A stretch of 64,000 bases of DNA from Minisyncoccota bacterium (GCA_041664925.1 JBAYJV010000002.1:72302-136301); one strand, 5' to 3'. Shown: positions 7,408 to 17,140, counted from the stretch's first letter. The notes: generated by a model not told the origin, from the letters alone. Translations and numbers: made by a program.

Positions 7408-8121
7408 ATGAAAAAAAATATCATTCCCATCATCTTGATCGTAGTTATCATAATTGCAGGTTTATTTATATGGTATGCCAATACTAAATCAAGCAAAAAA
7501 CTATCCCTGATAACTCAAGTTACTTACACTTGCAACGGCGACAAAACCATAAACGCTACTTTCTATAAAGGAGAATCAAAGCAAGTTGAGCCTGGACAGC
7601 CGCCGATTCCTTCGGGAAGCGTGAAAATTATCTTAAGCGATGGACGAAGTCTTGACCTACTCCAAACAATTTCTGCAGACGGAGCGCGTTATGCCGATAG
7701 TGACGAATCTTTTATCTTTTGGAGCAAGGGAGATAGTGCGCTTGTATTGGAAAACAATGTCGAAAAAGATTATGTAGGATGTATTTTGCCCATAGAAGGA
7801 ATAAAAGTTCTTTCACCGAACGGCGGAGAGACTTGGTCAAAAGGGGAAAAGGTTGAAATATTGTGGAGTACAGCGAAAGAAATAAAATCTGTAAATATAA
7901 GATTGGCAATTTCCGGAAATGAAGATAGTCAAAGTTTTAATGCCGCTATTGTTTCTAATATTCCGAACTCCGGTAGCTACGAGTGGATTGTTCAGGATTT
8001 ATACGCAGAGGTATTGGGTATCAAAGATTTACCTGTATCAGATAAATATCTTATTACAATAGAGGATAGCGAACATAACAATGTGTACGATACGAGCGAT
8101 GCAATATTCAGCATCAAATGA
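7408..8121 (+). CDS. secreted/membrane-anchored protein with MliC-like (C-type lysozyme inhibitor) domain plus C-terminal beta domain
   Basis: N-terminal anchor IIPIILIVVIIIAGLFIWY; YTCNGDKTINATF...ILSDGRSLDLLQTISADGARYADSDESFIFWSKGDSALV resembles MliC fold signature. Confidence 0.45.
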   Translation: MKKNIIPIILIVVIIIAGLFIWYANTKSSKKLSLITQVTYTCNGDKTINATFYKGESKQVEPGQPPIPSGSVKIILSDGRSLDLLQTISADGARYADSDESFIFWSKGDSALVLENNVEKDYVGCILPIEGIKVLSPNGGETWSKGEKVEILWSTAKEIKSVNIRLAISGNEDSQSFNAAIVSNIPNSGSYEWIVQDLYAEVLGIKDLPVSDKYLITIEDSEHNNVYDTSDAIFSIK

Positions 8122-8137
8122 ACTGCTTCTCGTTATA

Positions 8138-8166
8138 TTGACATTAAGATACAAGAGTGATAAGAT
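8138..8166 (+). promoter_or_regulatory. class-I promoter TTGACA-17-TAAGAT followed by AGTTCTCG leader
   Basis: paralogous to 5904-5932. Confidence 0.5.
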
Positions 8167-8206
8167 GTAGGAAGTTCTCGGGGGAAATAAAAGGAGGGCG
8201 AGTAAA

Positions 8207-8446
8207 ATGCCAATGAGTACCCAGGAAGCTAGAAGAAAGTTTAGGTATGATTTTATCGGGCCGTTTGTCGAAGGATTAGCTTGTGTAAAGAAAGGAAATG
8301 AATGGTTCCATGTCCGTCTCGATGATCATATGCCTGCCTATGACCAGCGGTTTGATGATGTTGGGAACTTCCACAATGGAATTGCAACAGTAAAGAAAGA
8401 TGGCAGAGAATTCCAGATTCGTCCGGATGGCACAAGAGTAGGCTAG
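8207..8446 (+). CDS. small WG-like beta-repeat protein (two repeats), paralog of 5969-6415
   Basis: FVEGLACVKKGNEWFHVRLDDHMPAY...FHNGIATVKKDGREFQIRPDGT; RBS AAAAGGAGGG; terminator 8456-8487 near-identical to 6423-6457. Confidence 0.6.
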   Translation: MPMSTQEARRKFRYDFIGPFVEGLACVKKGNEWFHVRLDDHMPAYDQRFDDVGNFHNGIATVKKDGREFQIRPDGTRVG

Positions 8447-8507
8447 TGCGAGTAGCCCATAGATAGGTTATCTATGGGTCTTTTTTTATGGTAAAATATA
8501 AATCAAT

Positions 8508-9098
8508 ATGGATATAAAAATTATTTTTGCAACACTTGCGACTGCAATAGCGGTTTTGGGTTCTTCAATTCCTTATTTTAGAGATATAATATCAAAAAAA
8601 ACACATCCGCATTCATTCACTTGGTTGATTTGGGCTATTACTCAAGGAACTGCAACTGCTGCTTTATGGTGTGGAAAAGGTGGTTTTGGGGTGATTAGTC
8701 CGACAATAGGAACTTGTTCAATTATATTTATATTTCTTTTGTCTCTGCGTTATGGTGAAAAGAATATAACTCGCAGTGACATAATCTGCCTGACCGTAGC
8801 TATTCTTGCAATTCTGGTTTGGTGGCTATTGAATAATCCATTAATATCAGTAATTTTAGTTTGCCTTATTGACGCAATTGCATTTATCCCAACGTTTAGA
8901 AAATCATACAATCATCCTTGGTCAGAGAAACTTTCTGCTTGGGAAGTAGGGGTCATCGCTAGTATTTTTGGAATATTGGCAATTAGTAATTACAATGCAT
9001 TAACCCTACCATATCTCCTTATGACTTTGTTGTCGTCAATAATATTTTCGTTATTTCTCATTATTCGAAGGAGAAAAATTCCAATGGTTGTTAAATAG
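8508..9098 (+). CDS. hypothetical integral membrane protein (6 TM)
   Basis: 196 aa, six hydrophobic segments. Confidence 0.5.
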   Translation: MDIKIIFATLATAIAVLGSSIPYFRDIISKKTHPHSFTWLIWAITQGTATAALWCGKGGFGVISPTIGTCSIIFIFLLSLRYGEKNITRSDIICLTVAILAILVWWLLNNPLISVILVCLIDAIAFIPTFRKSYNHPWSEKLSAWEVGVIASIFGILAISNYNALTLPYLLMTLLSSIIFSLFLIIRRRKIPMVVK

Positions 9099-9169
9099 AA
9101 AAAAATAATTTAGAATTATGTAATAACCCTCAAAGGTCGATTTAATTTATTAACTCAAAAAATAATATT

Positions 9170-9811
9170 ATGAATAAAATATACATAGGCATAGGAGTTG
9201 TAGTGGTCGCAGGTGCAATCGTAGCCGGTGTTCTTTTAAAAAAACCAAGCGATCAAGCTGCTAACACAAATAAAGAAGAAACTAATAGCCAAACAGACGA
9301 AACGGTAAATCCCAACGGTTCGTATTCAATCAATGATTTATTTACTATGAATAGACCATTGAAGTGTACTTGGGTAGAAAGCGCAACGGGAGATAAGGAT
9401 GTAACCAATGTCTTGTACATCAACGGCAAGAAGTTTTATCAAGATGTAACTATGGGCGATATCGGACATGCTTTCACAATAAGCGATGGCGAATATCTTT
9501 ACATTTGGAATGATTTTAATGATACGGCTTCAAAAATGAAGGTCACAGAGACTGAAACTGGCATTAAACAAGAACAGGGAGCTACCGCAACCGATCAGAA
9601 AAAAGATTTTGTTTGCGAAAAATGGTCAGTTGATGCTTCTGTTTTCAATCCACCCCAAGATAAAAACTTTCAAGATGTAACCGAAGAAATGAATCAAGCA
9701 ATGCAAAGTGTGGATTTAGAAAAAACAAAACAGCAAGTCTGTGACTTATGCGAAGGAGCGCCAACTCAAGAATTAAAAGACCAATGCTTAGCAAATTCAC
9801 AGTGTGATTAA
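9170..9811 (+). CDS. hypothetical secreted protein, Cys-rich C-terminus
   Basis: signal anchor IYIGIGVVVVAGAIVAGVLL; C-terminal CDLCEG...CLANSQCD; terminator about 9825-9858. Confidence 0.5.
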   Translation: MNKIYIGIGVVVVAGAIVAGVLLKKPSDQAANTNKEETNSQTDETVNPNGSYSINDLFTMNRPLKCTWVESATGDKDVTNVLYINGKKFYQDVTMGDIGHAFTISDGEYLYIWNDFNDTASKMKVTETETGIKQEQGATATDQKKDFVCEKWSVDASVFNPPQDKNFQDVTEEMNQAMQSVDLEKTKQQVCDLCEGAPTQELKDQCLANSQCD

Positions 9812-9923
9812 TGGTTAAAAAAAACTGCTTTAGATTAAATCAAGGGCAGTTTTTTTAATTTTTAGCTTTTTCTTGACATTTAAATGGTGTTATGATAGGA
9901 TAGTTGCAGCTAAAGGGGGAACT

Positions 9924-11338
9924 ATGAACGGAGATAAAGAAGTTAGTGGTGTAGTTGAGTTAATAACGGCTGCGGCAGAGCATAGGGACGATCAAGGCTA
10001 CAATTATTGTCTCAGTGGAGATCTTGGTCAAATGTCAGTTCAGAAAGAGTTTCTGATGAGCAGAGGAATGGACGTTGGGCAGCGAGATGTCTATCCTGCT
10101 TTAAGAAATGAGGATGACTTTAGAAGAGCCCTTGGGCTTATATGGGGAAATAAGATTGAGGGATGGTGGAATTACTCAAAAAATATTCTTATGGAGTATG
10201 AAATTTGTACCGAAGATGAATTCATGCAAGCCCTTGAAATTGCATGTGCAAGGGAAAATCCAAAAGGAGGTCGAATGGTAACTAGTAGACCATGGTACGA
10301 TTCAAAGGATGGAATTGCGGCATCTCTCGTTTCTCTGGAGAAATTTCTTGAATTAGTTCAGGCGCGACACGAAGCAGGTTATAGTAGGGGCGAAAGGCTT
10401 AGACAATGGGTTGTTTTAGGGCGTTATTGGCTTGACACATGTGGGAATTGCTGGAAAGCAAAAAAGGATGCTCCTTGGAATGTTATTCCAAAGGAAGCGT
10501 TTCCTGATATTCCAGATGTTGTGTCGGAATTTGAAGCAGAATGGGGGCCTGCAATGAAGGACACAATATTCTCTGCGGGTGGTGGCTTGCCTCATCCTCA
10601 TCTTCTTTGTCCTCATTGCCATAAAGGATGGACAATTAGAAATTGCCACGACACGATTGTTCTGCGTAATTTCAAGAGTTTTTCTCTTGTAAACTTCGTA
10701 GGAAAAACTCTTGGAGAAGTTAGAAAAGCTTTTTCTAAAAGACGGGATGCCATTTACGTTCTGCAACCAGACACTATGATTCGCAATGATAGATTTATCG
10801 ATCATTCTCCCGAATATCCCGGAGCCACCGAGGATTGGGAGAAGAATGAGGAAAAAATCGCTATGGGTGGGTTGGTATTGAAGACGGTATTGACGATAAC
10901 TATGTTATTCAGAAGGGCGATGAAGGACTTTTTACCGTTTGGACGTATGAACATACAGATTGCCATAAAGAGCGAATTGCCAGGAAGAAACAGTATCGCT
11001 TTATGGCGATTTTCAAGAGTGCAGGGTTTAAGGTTGTCAGAACAAAACGAATTCCTAACGAATATTGTCCTTGTGATTACTGTGCGCCATGGTTTTTGAT
11101 GGAAACGGAATTCGGAACCATCAAGATTGGTTGGCGCAAGCGAGTTATTAATATAAACTGGAGCGATGTCGCCAAGAAACTTGAAGAACGCGGATACGAG
11201 AATGCTAGTCAGAAAATCTTGGCGCTTTTTGAAAGCGAGGATGTTACAAAAGACGGATCAAACATTCACGCTTGGGGATATGAAAAAGCCAAGGGTTATC
11301 TACGGCAAATCCGCAAATACTTGAAATCTTTGGAATAA
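9924..11338 (+). pseudogene. hypothetical protein gene interrupted by a frameshift at an A6 run (10852-10857); frames 0 and 2 together encode about 470 aa
   Basis: frame-0 ORF (true start ATG 9924 after AAAGGGGGAACT) turns into low-complexity read-through after ...EDWEKNEEK, while frame 2 is open from 10850 and continues as ...YGWVGIEDGIDDNYVIQKGDEGLFTVWTYEHTDCHKE...MAIFKSAGFKVV to 11338; could instead be an assembly indel. Confidence 0.5.
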
Positions 11339-11378
11339 GTATACAAGAGTGGGCAACCTAGTATGGTTGCCCATTTTC

Positions 11379-11407
11379 TTGACATTTGAATATTTACTTG
11401 CTACGAT
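11379..11407 (+). promoter_or_regulatory. class-I promoter TTGACA-17-TACGAT followed by AGTTATTAAAAAAGCCAAGGAGG
   Basis: consensus spacing; leader motif variant. Confidence 0.5.
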
Positions 11408-11440
11408 ATTAGCAGTTATTAAAAAAGCCAAGGAGGAGCA

Positions 11441-11902
11441 ATGGCAGCAGGCGATACTGAAAGAGGACGAAATAGTGCATACGTTGTTGCTATTAGAATA
11501 TTGGCGGTAATAATATTGACTTCAGGAATTTTCTATTTTGGATCTTTGTGTCAAAGTAACAGATTTGCTCGAGATCGAGAGGATCTTGCTTACTATCAGA
11601 AAACTTATCTGCACAAGTCAGGATACATGGAAGGTTATGGAAATTATCTTCTTCGTTCTTTTGATGGTGGAAAAAATTGGTTTGCTATTGACCTTGAACG
11701 AGCCAAAAACCATGAAGTTGTAATTCTGGGTCCAGTCGAAGATATTTATTCTGGACTGATGGCCAAGATTCAAGGATTCGATGATTTGAGCACCTATGTA
11801 AGAGAACATGGACCGATTACTTTGAGTGGCGAGAATGCAGCTCAAGAAAAAGCGATTCTTGAAAAAGCAGGATTTACTGTGACCGAAACAGTCAAGCCAT
11901 AG
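11441..11902 (+). CDS. hypothetical membrane-anchored protein
   Basis: 153 aa; TM VVAIRILAVIILTSGIFYF; terminator GAGGCACTagcaaAGTGCCTC+T7 (11912-11939). Confidence 0.5.
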   Translation: MAAGDTERGRNSAYVVAIRILAVIILTSGIFYFGSLCQSNRFARDREDLAYYQKTYLHKSGYMEGYGNYLLRSFDGGKNWFAIDLERAKNHEVVILGPVEDIYSGLMAKIQGFDDLSTYVREHGPITLSGENAAQEKAILEKAGFTVTETVKP

Positions 11903-11940
11903 ATATGATTCGAGGCACTAGCAAAGTGCCTCTTTTTTTA

Positions 11941-11969
11941 TTGACATACTTTAATGATAAAGGTAGAAT
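11941..11969 (+). promoter_or_regulatory. class-I promoter TTGACA-17-TAGAAT followed by AGTTCTTAAAAAAA
   Basis: consensus. Confidence 0.5.
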
Positions 11970-12016
11970 GCAGATAGTTCTTAAAAAAATCTGATTAAAA
12001 GAGAGAAGGAGAGAAA

Positions 12017-12493
12017 ATGAAAAAAAGAGGAATGAAGTGTTTGGGATGTAGCAAGGCGATAACAACAAAAACAAGATGGACTATTTTTAATTACGATGGT
12101 TTCAGATTTAGAATTGACAGAGGTACCGATATTTGTCCAAAATGTGCAAAGGCTGAAGCAATTAGAACGTTTGAAAAAGTAAGAAAAGGATTCGTGTGGC
12201 TTCGTAACGGTGAAGTTGTTGTTAATTGGAGAGCTTTTGTAGATAATAGAGAAAGAGGCGTTGGAAGAAACATGATAGAAACATTAGAAAATTTAAATAT
12301 TCTATCTCTATACGCTAAAGGACGTTGGAGTCTTGTAGGTATTGGTCCTGTGGAGATTAATCCTCGATCAAGTCTTCTGCCTCATTATTTCACGCGCTTA
12401 AGTGACGCACGTGCCTATGGGAGGGCAAAATTTGGGAGAAGCGGACGTATAGAAATTCGTCATATAGACAGGGTTACCAGTATAGGAGTATAA
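12017..12493 (+). CDS. hypothetical protein with N-terminal zinc-ribbon (CxxC...CxxC)
   Basis: KCLGCSKAI...ICPKCAKAEA; terminator TCCCCGAA...TTCGGGGA+T8 (12501-12538). Confidence 0.5.
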   Translation: MKKRGMKCLGCSKAITTKTRWTIFNYDGFRFRIDRGTDICPKCAKAEAIRTFEKVRKGFVWLRNGEVVVNWRAFVDNRERGVGRNMIETLENLNILSLYAKGRWSLVGIGPVEINPRSSLLPHYFTRLSDARAYGRAKFGRSGRIEIRHIDRVTSIGV

Positions 12494-12667
12494 AAGTTAG
12501 TCCCCGAACTGCACTAGTCTGTTTCGGGGATTTTTTTTATTGTCTTTTATTTCATTATGAATTAAAATAGTATCATGAAATGCAAAATATAAAACGAAAA
12601 CTAGAAACGACGATTTAAGATTTTTAATTTTGCATTGTAATTTTCCACTTCTTGTGGTGAGCTTGTC

Positions 12668-12700
12668 GAACCATTCACTTTAAATTTTTAATTTTCTATT
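12668..12700 (+). promoter_or_regulatory. class-II motif (TTCACTTTAAATTTTTAATTTTCTATT) directly before GTG start
   Basis: see 3369-3402. Confidence 0.4.
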
Positions 12701-12949
12701 GTGCTGGGATATTTAATGCTCGTTTTATTAATCGTGGTTCTCGTCGTATATTTTTTGCTGACGTGGTCGGTAGTTTTTCATTTGAAATCATACGATCTTT
12801 CGCCTAGAGTGACACGCACAATTTTGAGTGTATTTTTAATAGTTGTCTTAATATTATTCATTTTGAATATCATTTTTTATGCCCGAATTCCTTGGAATAA
12901 TATTTCTCAAAATATCGGCAATTTCTTTCAAAACAAATTTCCACAATAA
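12701..12949 (+). CDS. small 2-TM membrane protein, apparently leaderless (GTG start)
   Basis: 82 aa, LMLVLLIVVLVVYFLL and ILSVFLIVVLILFILNIIF. Confidence 0.4.
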   Translation: MLGYLMLVLLIVVLVVYFLLTWSVVFHLKSYDLSPRVTRTILSVFLIVVLILFILNIIFYARIPWNNISQNIGNFFQNKFPQ

Positions 12950-12962
12950 TCTTAATAATTTG

Positions 12963-12998
12963 TAGTTTTCACTTTGCATTTTAAACTTTTAACTTTCT
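12963..12998 (+). promoter_or_regulatory. class-II motif (TTTTCACTTTGCATTTTAAACTTTTAACTTTCT) directly before ATG
   Basis: motif ends at the start codon, implying a leaderless mRNA. Confidence 0.4.
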
Positions 12999-13568
12999 AT
13001 GATTCGCCTAAACCCCAACGAAACAATTTTAGCAGTTTACCACCGACATTGGTTTATTCTTTTCTTGAATCTTTTTTTGATTAGTTTTGTTGGAATTGTT
13101 GCGATTGTCGCGGTTTTTCTTTTAAGAAACTATGTGCCTGTTTTTACTACTTATCCTCTGAGCAATATCTTTCTTTGGGTTGGTGTTGTTGCGCTTCAAG
13201 GCGCTTGGATCGCAGCTTTTGTAAAAATAACTGATTATTGGCTTGACACTTGGGTTGTAACCAATGAACGCATTATTGATATTGAACAAAAAGGTCTTTT
13301 TAAAAGAGATATTGTTGAATTTAAACTAAACAGAATCCAAGATGTTTCTTTTGAGATTAAAGGCATTATTCCAACGCTTCTGGTTTACGGAAATCTTCGT
13401 ATTGATACTGCAGGATTTGATCGCAATTTCATCTTCTGGACAGTACCTAATCCTCAGCAAATAAAAAATGTGATTTTAAAAGCTTGTGATGAATATGTTG
13501 CTATGGAAAAAGCGGAAGCCAAAACGACAACCGCAACCACAATAGAGACACCAACAGAAAACATTTAA
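12999..13568 (+). CDS. bacterial PH-domain (bPH_2/DUF304, YdbS/YdbT-like) membrane protein
   Basis: ILAVYHRHWFILF, two TM helices, then TDYWLDTWVVTNERIIDIEQKGLFKRDIVEFKLNRIQDVSFEIKGII...YGNLRIDTAG. Confidence 0.6.
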   Translation: MIRLNPNETILAVYHRHWFILFLNLFLISFVGIVAIVAVFLLRNYVPVFTTYPLSNIFLWVGVVALQGAWIAAFVKITDYWLDTWVVTNERIIDIEQKGLFKRDIVEFKLNRIQDVSFEIKGIIPTLLVYGNLRIDTAGFDRNFIFWTVPNPQQIKNVILKACDEYVAMEKAEAKTTTATTIETPTENI

Positions 13569-13626
13569 AAATAAAAAAATCGGCTGTATTGCCGATACCT
13601 AACTTCCAACTTCTAGCTTCTGAATT

Positions 13627-14667
13627 CTAGCTATCCTTCGTGGGTAGTTTTTTTGTTTTCTCAGAAGACTCAATGGCAATTAAATTATCATTGAACTTTT
13701 CTAACCTTTTTTGACCGGATTCGTAAGTTGAATTAGCATGATTTAAATGTTTTCCCAAAAGATCAAAATCTTCGGCGAATTTTCCAAAATCATTTTTTAA
13801 GCGGGACAAATTTATAAGAATTTCTTTAGCGCCTTTTTCAATTTGAAGTCCCTTGAGACCGATCAAAATTGCCTGAAGATAAGCATAAAAGCTATTTGGG
13901 GAAACAGGAACGACTTTCTTTGATAGGGCATAACTGGTAATATTTGACGATTCTTTTTCTTTTAGAATAATTTCATAATAGACATTTTCGGCAGGTACAT
14001 ACATCAGAGCAAAATCAGAAGTTCCTTCAGCGGGTCTAATGTATTTTTCAGCGATACTATCAACATGTTTTTTTACATCACGCATAAACTGTTTTTTTGT
14101 GCTGATTTTTTCTTCGTGAGTTTTCGAAGCGATAATTTGTTTGAAATTTTCCAGAGGAAATTTTGAATCAACAGGAATCATCATATCGCGCAATCTCACG
14201 ATGGCATCAACCGTTTCACCATCGCGAAAACTATATTGAAGACTATAGTTTTCTCGCGGAAGAATTTGCTCTAAAATATCTGCTAAAAAATATTCTCCTA
14301 AACCGCCGCGCAATTTCGGCGCTTTTAAAATATCATGAAGCGAAGAAATATCTTTGCCGACTTCAAAAATTTTCTTTGATGATTCCTCAAGTCCAGTAAG
14401 TTTATTGGTTACTGACTGAACGACCCTTTGAGTATTGTCAAGGCGTGAATTTAGGTCTTGTCCTTGGCGTTGCATCATTTCCAAATTTTCTCTAAGCCTC
14501 AGATTAACCTGGCTAGTCACTTCATTTAATTGACCCAACATTTTTTCCGATAAGCCAGTTAAATCATTGGTATTTTTGGCAAAATGTTTTTTTGTAAAAT
14601 AAAAAACCAACCAAGAAAAAAAACCAAGAACAGCGATTAAAATAATAATTAATGAAATATTTTCCAT
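13627..14667 (-). CDS. rmuC: DNA recombination protein RmuC family
   Basis: N-terminal TM, coiled coil, KLRGGLGEYFLADILEQILP...DAIVRL...PVDSKFPLENF matches RmuC core. Confidence 0.75.
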   Translation of the reverse strand: MENISLIIILIAVLGFFSWLVFYFTKKHFAKNTNDLTGLSEKMLGQLNEVTSQVNLRLRENLEMMQRQGQDLNSRLDNTQRVVQSVTNKLTGLEESSKKIFEVGKDISSLHDILKAPKLRGGLGEYFLADILEQILPRENYSLQYSFRDGETVDAIVRLRDMMIPVDSKFPLENFKQIIASKTHEEKISTKKQFMRDVKKHVDSIAEKYIRPAEGTSDFALMYVPAENVYYEIILKEKESSNITSYALSKKVVPVSPNSFYAYLQAILIGLKGLQIEKGAKEILINLSRLKNDFGKFAEDFDLLGKHLNHANSTYESGQKRLEKFNDNLIAIESSEKTKKLPTKDS

Positions 14668-14766
14668 ACAATGATTTTACACGATTTTAATAAGGAGATA
14701 AAGAGGACAACTAACAATTTTTAATTTCTAATTTCTAATTTATAAACAATAAAAAATTTACTAGTA

Positions 14767-14794
14767 TTGACAACACAGAGATTTATAGTAGAAT
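14767..14794 (+). promoter_or_regulatory. class-I promoter TTGACA-16-TAGAAT followed by AGTTCTTAAAAAAGGAGG
   Basis: consensus. Confidence 0.5.
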
Positions 14795-14823
14795 AACAGT
14801 AGTTCTTAAAAAAGGAGGTTTAT

Positions 14824-15480
14824 ATGCTCAGCGAAGAATCGGCGCGAAGATTGGTCAGTAAAGTATCCGAAGGTTCTTTCTGTGTCACCCAGGATAGCAC
14901 TGTAAGAGCTTGTAGTTTTTTGATTAATTCTCGAACAGTTCTTCGAAAAATGATTGCACTAAGAGATTGCGCTCGCGAAGGATTCCCTTTAATATATGAA
15001 TTATTTGACGCTGGTATTCTTGATGTCCGTATTGACAGAAGAACTGCTCCTGAATTTCTTGAAGAATGTGAAAAAGAAGATCCGGAAGCAAGTTTAGTTA
15101 TTGCCGAACTTGATGTTTTTACTCTCTTTCTTGGATTGCTTCTTCCTCTTTATGATGAAGCAAAAGAGCGTTGGATTTTTTCTGACGAGGATGTTGCAAT
15201 AACTCTTCGTGAGAGATTCAAAGAAAGAAGCATTCCCGCTAGAACTGATTTAAGCGAAGATCTCCTTGTTCTTCTTGAGGAAAAACTTGGAGAATATGGA
15301 GAATTCATCAGAAAAGGAAATGACGATCTTTGTGCTGGTGTTGACCCTTGCATTATTGGACTTATTAATGTCGTTTTGACGGCTATCTACGAGTCGGTTA
15401 GTGTTTGGGGATGTGACGTAGACGATGTTCAGGGAGAGGTTAACAAAATTGGAAAGCATGAAAGCAGCGAGGCGCCATAG
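14824..15480 (+). CDS. hypothetical acidic protein (218 aa)
   Basis: no motif recognised; terminator GAGGCGCCatagGGCGCCTC+T6 at about 15463-15495. Confidence 0.5.
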   Translation: MLSEESARRLVSKVSEGSFCVTQDSTVRACSFLINSRTVLRKMIALRDCAREGFPLIYELFDAGILDVRIDRRTAPEFLEECEKEDPEASLVIAELDVFTLFLGLLLPLYDEAKERWIFSDEDVAITLRERFKERSIPARTDLSEDLLVLLEEKLGEYGEFIRKGNDDLCAGVDPCIIGLINVVLTAIYESVSVWGCDVDDVQGEVNKIGKHESSEAP

Positions 15481-15638
15481 GGCGCCTCTTTTTTGTGCAA
15501 AAAACTCGAGAAAATATCTCGAGCATCCGAAGTAATTTATTGAAGTCCGATTTATTCTGAAGAATTGAAGGACTTCAATAAAATTAAATATTTAAATTCC
15601 AAATTCCATATTCCATATTCCAACTTCTACATTCTTAA

Positions 15639-17015
15639 TTAAAACGTGAATCCTTTGTCTCCAGTAATTGTTTCTTTGAAATTCTTTTGAGTTTTGTCAG
15701 GAAAGGTAACGCTAATTTCTACTGGTAGCTCGTCAATACCAGGTTGTTTTTGAATCAGGAGGCCATATTCATTTGTTTTTATATTTTGAGGCAAATCATA
15801 TTCCAAAACAACCGCGTGATCTGAGGAAAGAGGCACTTTTACTAAACCAGCCATAAAAGTTTTTCCAAATTCTTTTCCATACTGCGGATCTGTTGAAAGA
15901 CCGCTGATATTCGTAAACCACGAGCCTTCTGGAGTATAAACCCTAAGCCAGCTTTGATAATCTCTTACCAACCAGCTTTTTTGTTCGGCGCCATGAGAAT
16001 AATTAATCGTTAATCTTGCTTTAGGCGTGGCGCTTGATAAATCAACATCGTATCTGAGGCTTCTTTCAATAAAATAATCAGCTTTAAAAGCATTGACATT
16101 AGCATCAACGACAAAAACATAGTCAGAACTGATTTGTTTTATTTCTCCAGACCAGCCCAATCTTTGAACATCTTTTTGAATTTCTGGATTAGTAAAATAT
16201 AGTAAAATGTCTTTATTTTCTAAGTGTTCGCTGCCAATTGAAATCAATTTTAATGATTTTAAAGGATTCATGGCAATGGTTTTATCTATCAGAATCTGCG
16301 CTAAATCTTTTAGAATATTTTTTCTGTCTGTGCGAGCAATGCCCTGATCTTTGAAATCAATTTCAACTTGTTTTTCCAAAGTGAGCAAGAAATTATCTTT
16401 ATTCACTGTGAGACCGTAGTCTGGTAATTCAACAGGACCATGAAGTTCGAGTAATGCGCCAAGCACTTCAGGCGTAATCGCAATAACGCCATCGAATTGT
16501 TCTTGGCCGCCCTGAGCATGATAAAATTCAATCATTTTCTGCGCAGCAGTAGGGAAGTCAGGAGACCAATTGCCATCCCGAAATTGCCAATTCTTAACGA
16601 ATAAGTATTTATTTATCGGTTCAGGCGGTTCTATCTGAGTTGGCGTTGAAAGTTTTATATCAAAAACAGCGGTGTCGTAAAATTGAAAATCTTTCGGCTT
16701 AGCGCTTTCTATTTTGGCAGTCGCAAAACTAGAAACGAATCCGCCAGTCGGACGAAGTTCTAGATTGTTTTGGAAAAGCATCAAGTAGCTCATTTCCTTT
16801 TCAAATCCCGCTGCTTTTTTTATTAAAGAAAAAACGCTTGGCTGTTCTTCGGGGGCGACCGTTTTTATTTCAGGATTTTCCAAGTAATAAGTTTTTAGTT
16901 CTTTTGCCTTATATTCCTTAGAATTGTTGCTTGTGCTCAAGACAAAAAGAGCTAACCCGATTAGAGCAACAATAAAGGAAAAAGTTGTAACAAATTGTAT
17001 TTTCAGTTTTGACAT
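15639..17015 (-). CDS. DUF4012-domain membrane-anchored protein
   Basis: N-terminal TM then LMLFQNNLELRPTGGFVSSFA...GVIAITPEVLGALLELHGPVELP resembling the DUF4012 signature. Confidence 0.55.
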   Translation of the reverse strand: MSKLKIQFVTTFSFIVALIGLALFVLSTSNNSKEYKAKELKTYYLENPEIKTVAPEEQPSVFSLIKKAAGFEKEMSYLMLFQNNLELRPTGGFVSSFATAKIESAKPKDFQFYDTAVFDIKLSTPTQIEPPEPINKYLFVKNWQFRDGNWSPDFPTAAQKMIEFYHAQGGQEQFDGVIAITPEVLGALLELHGPVELPDYGLTVNKDNFLLTLEKQVEIDFKDQGIARTDRKNILKDLAQILIDKTIAMNPLKSLKLISIGSEHLENKDILLYFTNPEIQKDVQRLGWSGEIKQISSDYVFVVDANVNAFKADYFIERSLRYDVDLSSATPKARLTINYSHGAEQKSWLVRDYQSWLRVYTPEGSWFTNISGLSTDPQYGKEFGKTFMAGLVKVPLSSDHAVVLEYDLPQNIKTNEYGLLIQKQPGIDELPVEISVTFPDKTQKNFKETITGDKGFTF

Positions 17016-17140
17016 TTCTGTAATATAATTCTATAACAAAATATTCATTTGTCAATAGTTCGACCAGCTCACCACAAGTATTCTTGGTATGGCCACTTTT
17101 CTTGAGAATGAAAATTTGTTATACTGGAATTAATTAATTT

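Noticed and set aside
9873-9923. TTG start at 9873 for the large hypothetical gene
   Set aside because: The TTG is the first three bases of the TTGACA -35 hexamer. ATG 9924 has a proper RBS.
10840-10870. Programmed -1 ribosomal frameshift at the A6 run
   Set aside because: A AAA AAT is not positioned as an X_XXY_YYZ heptamer in the incoming (frame 0) reading frame, and no downstream pseudoknot or stem is evident. A simple indel is more parsimonious.
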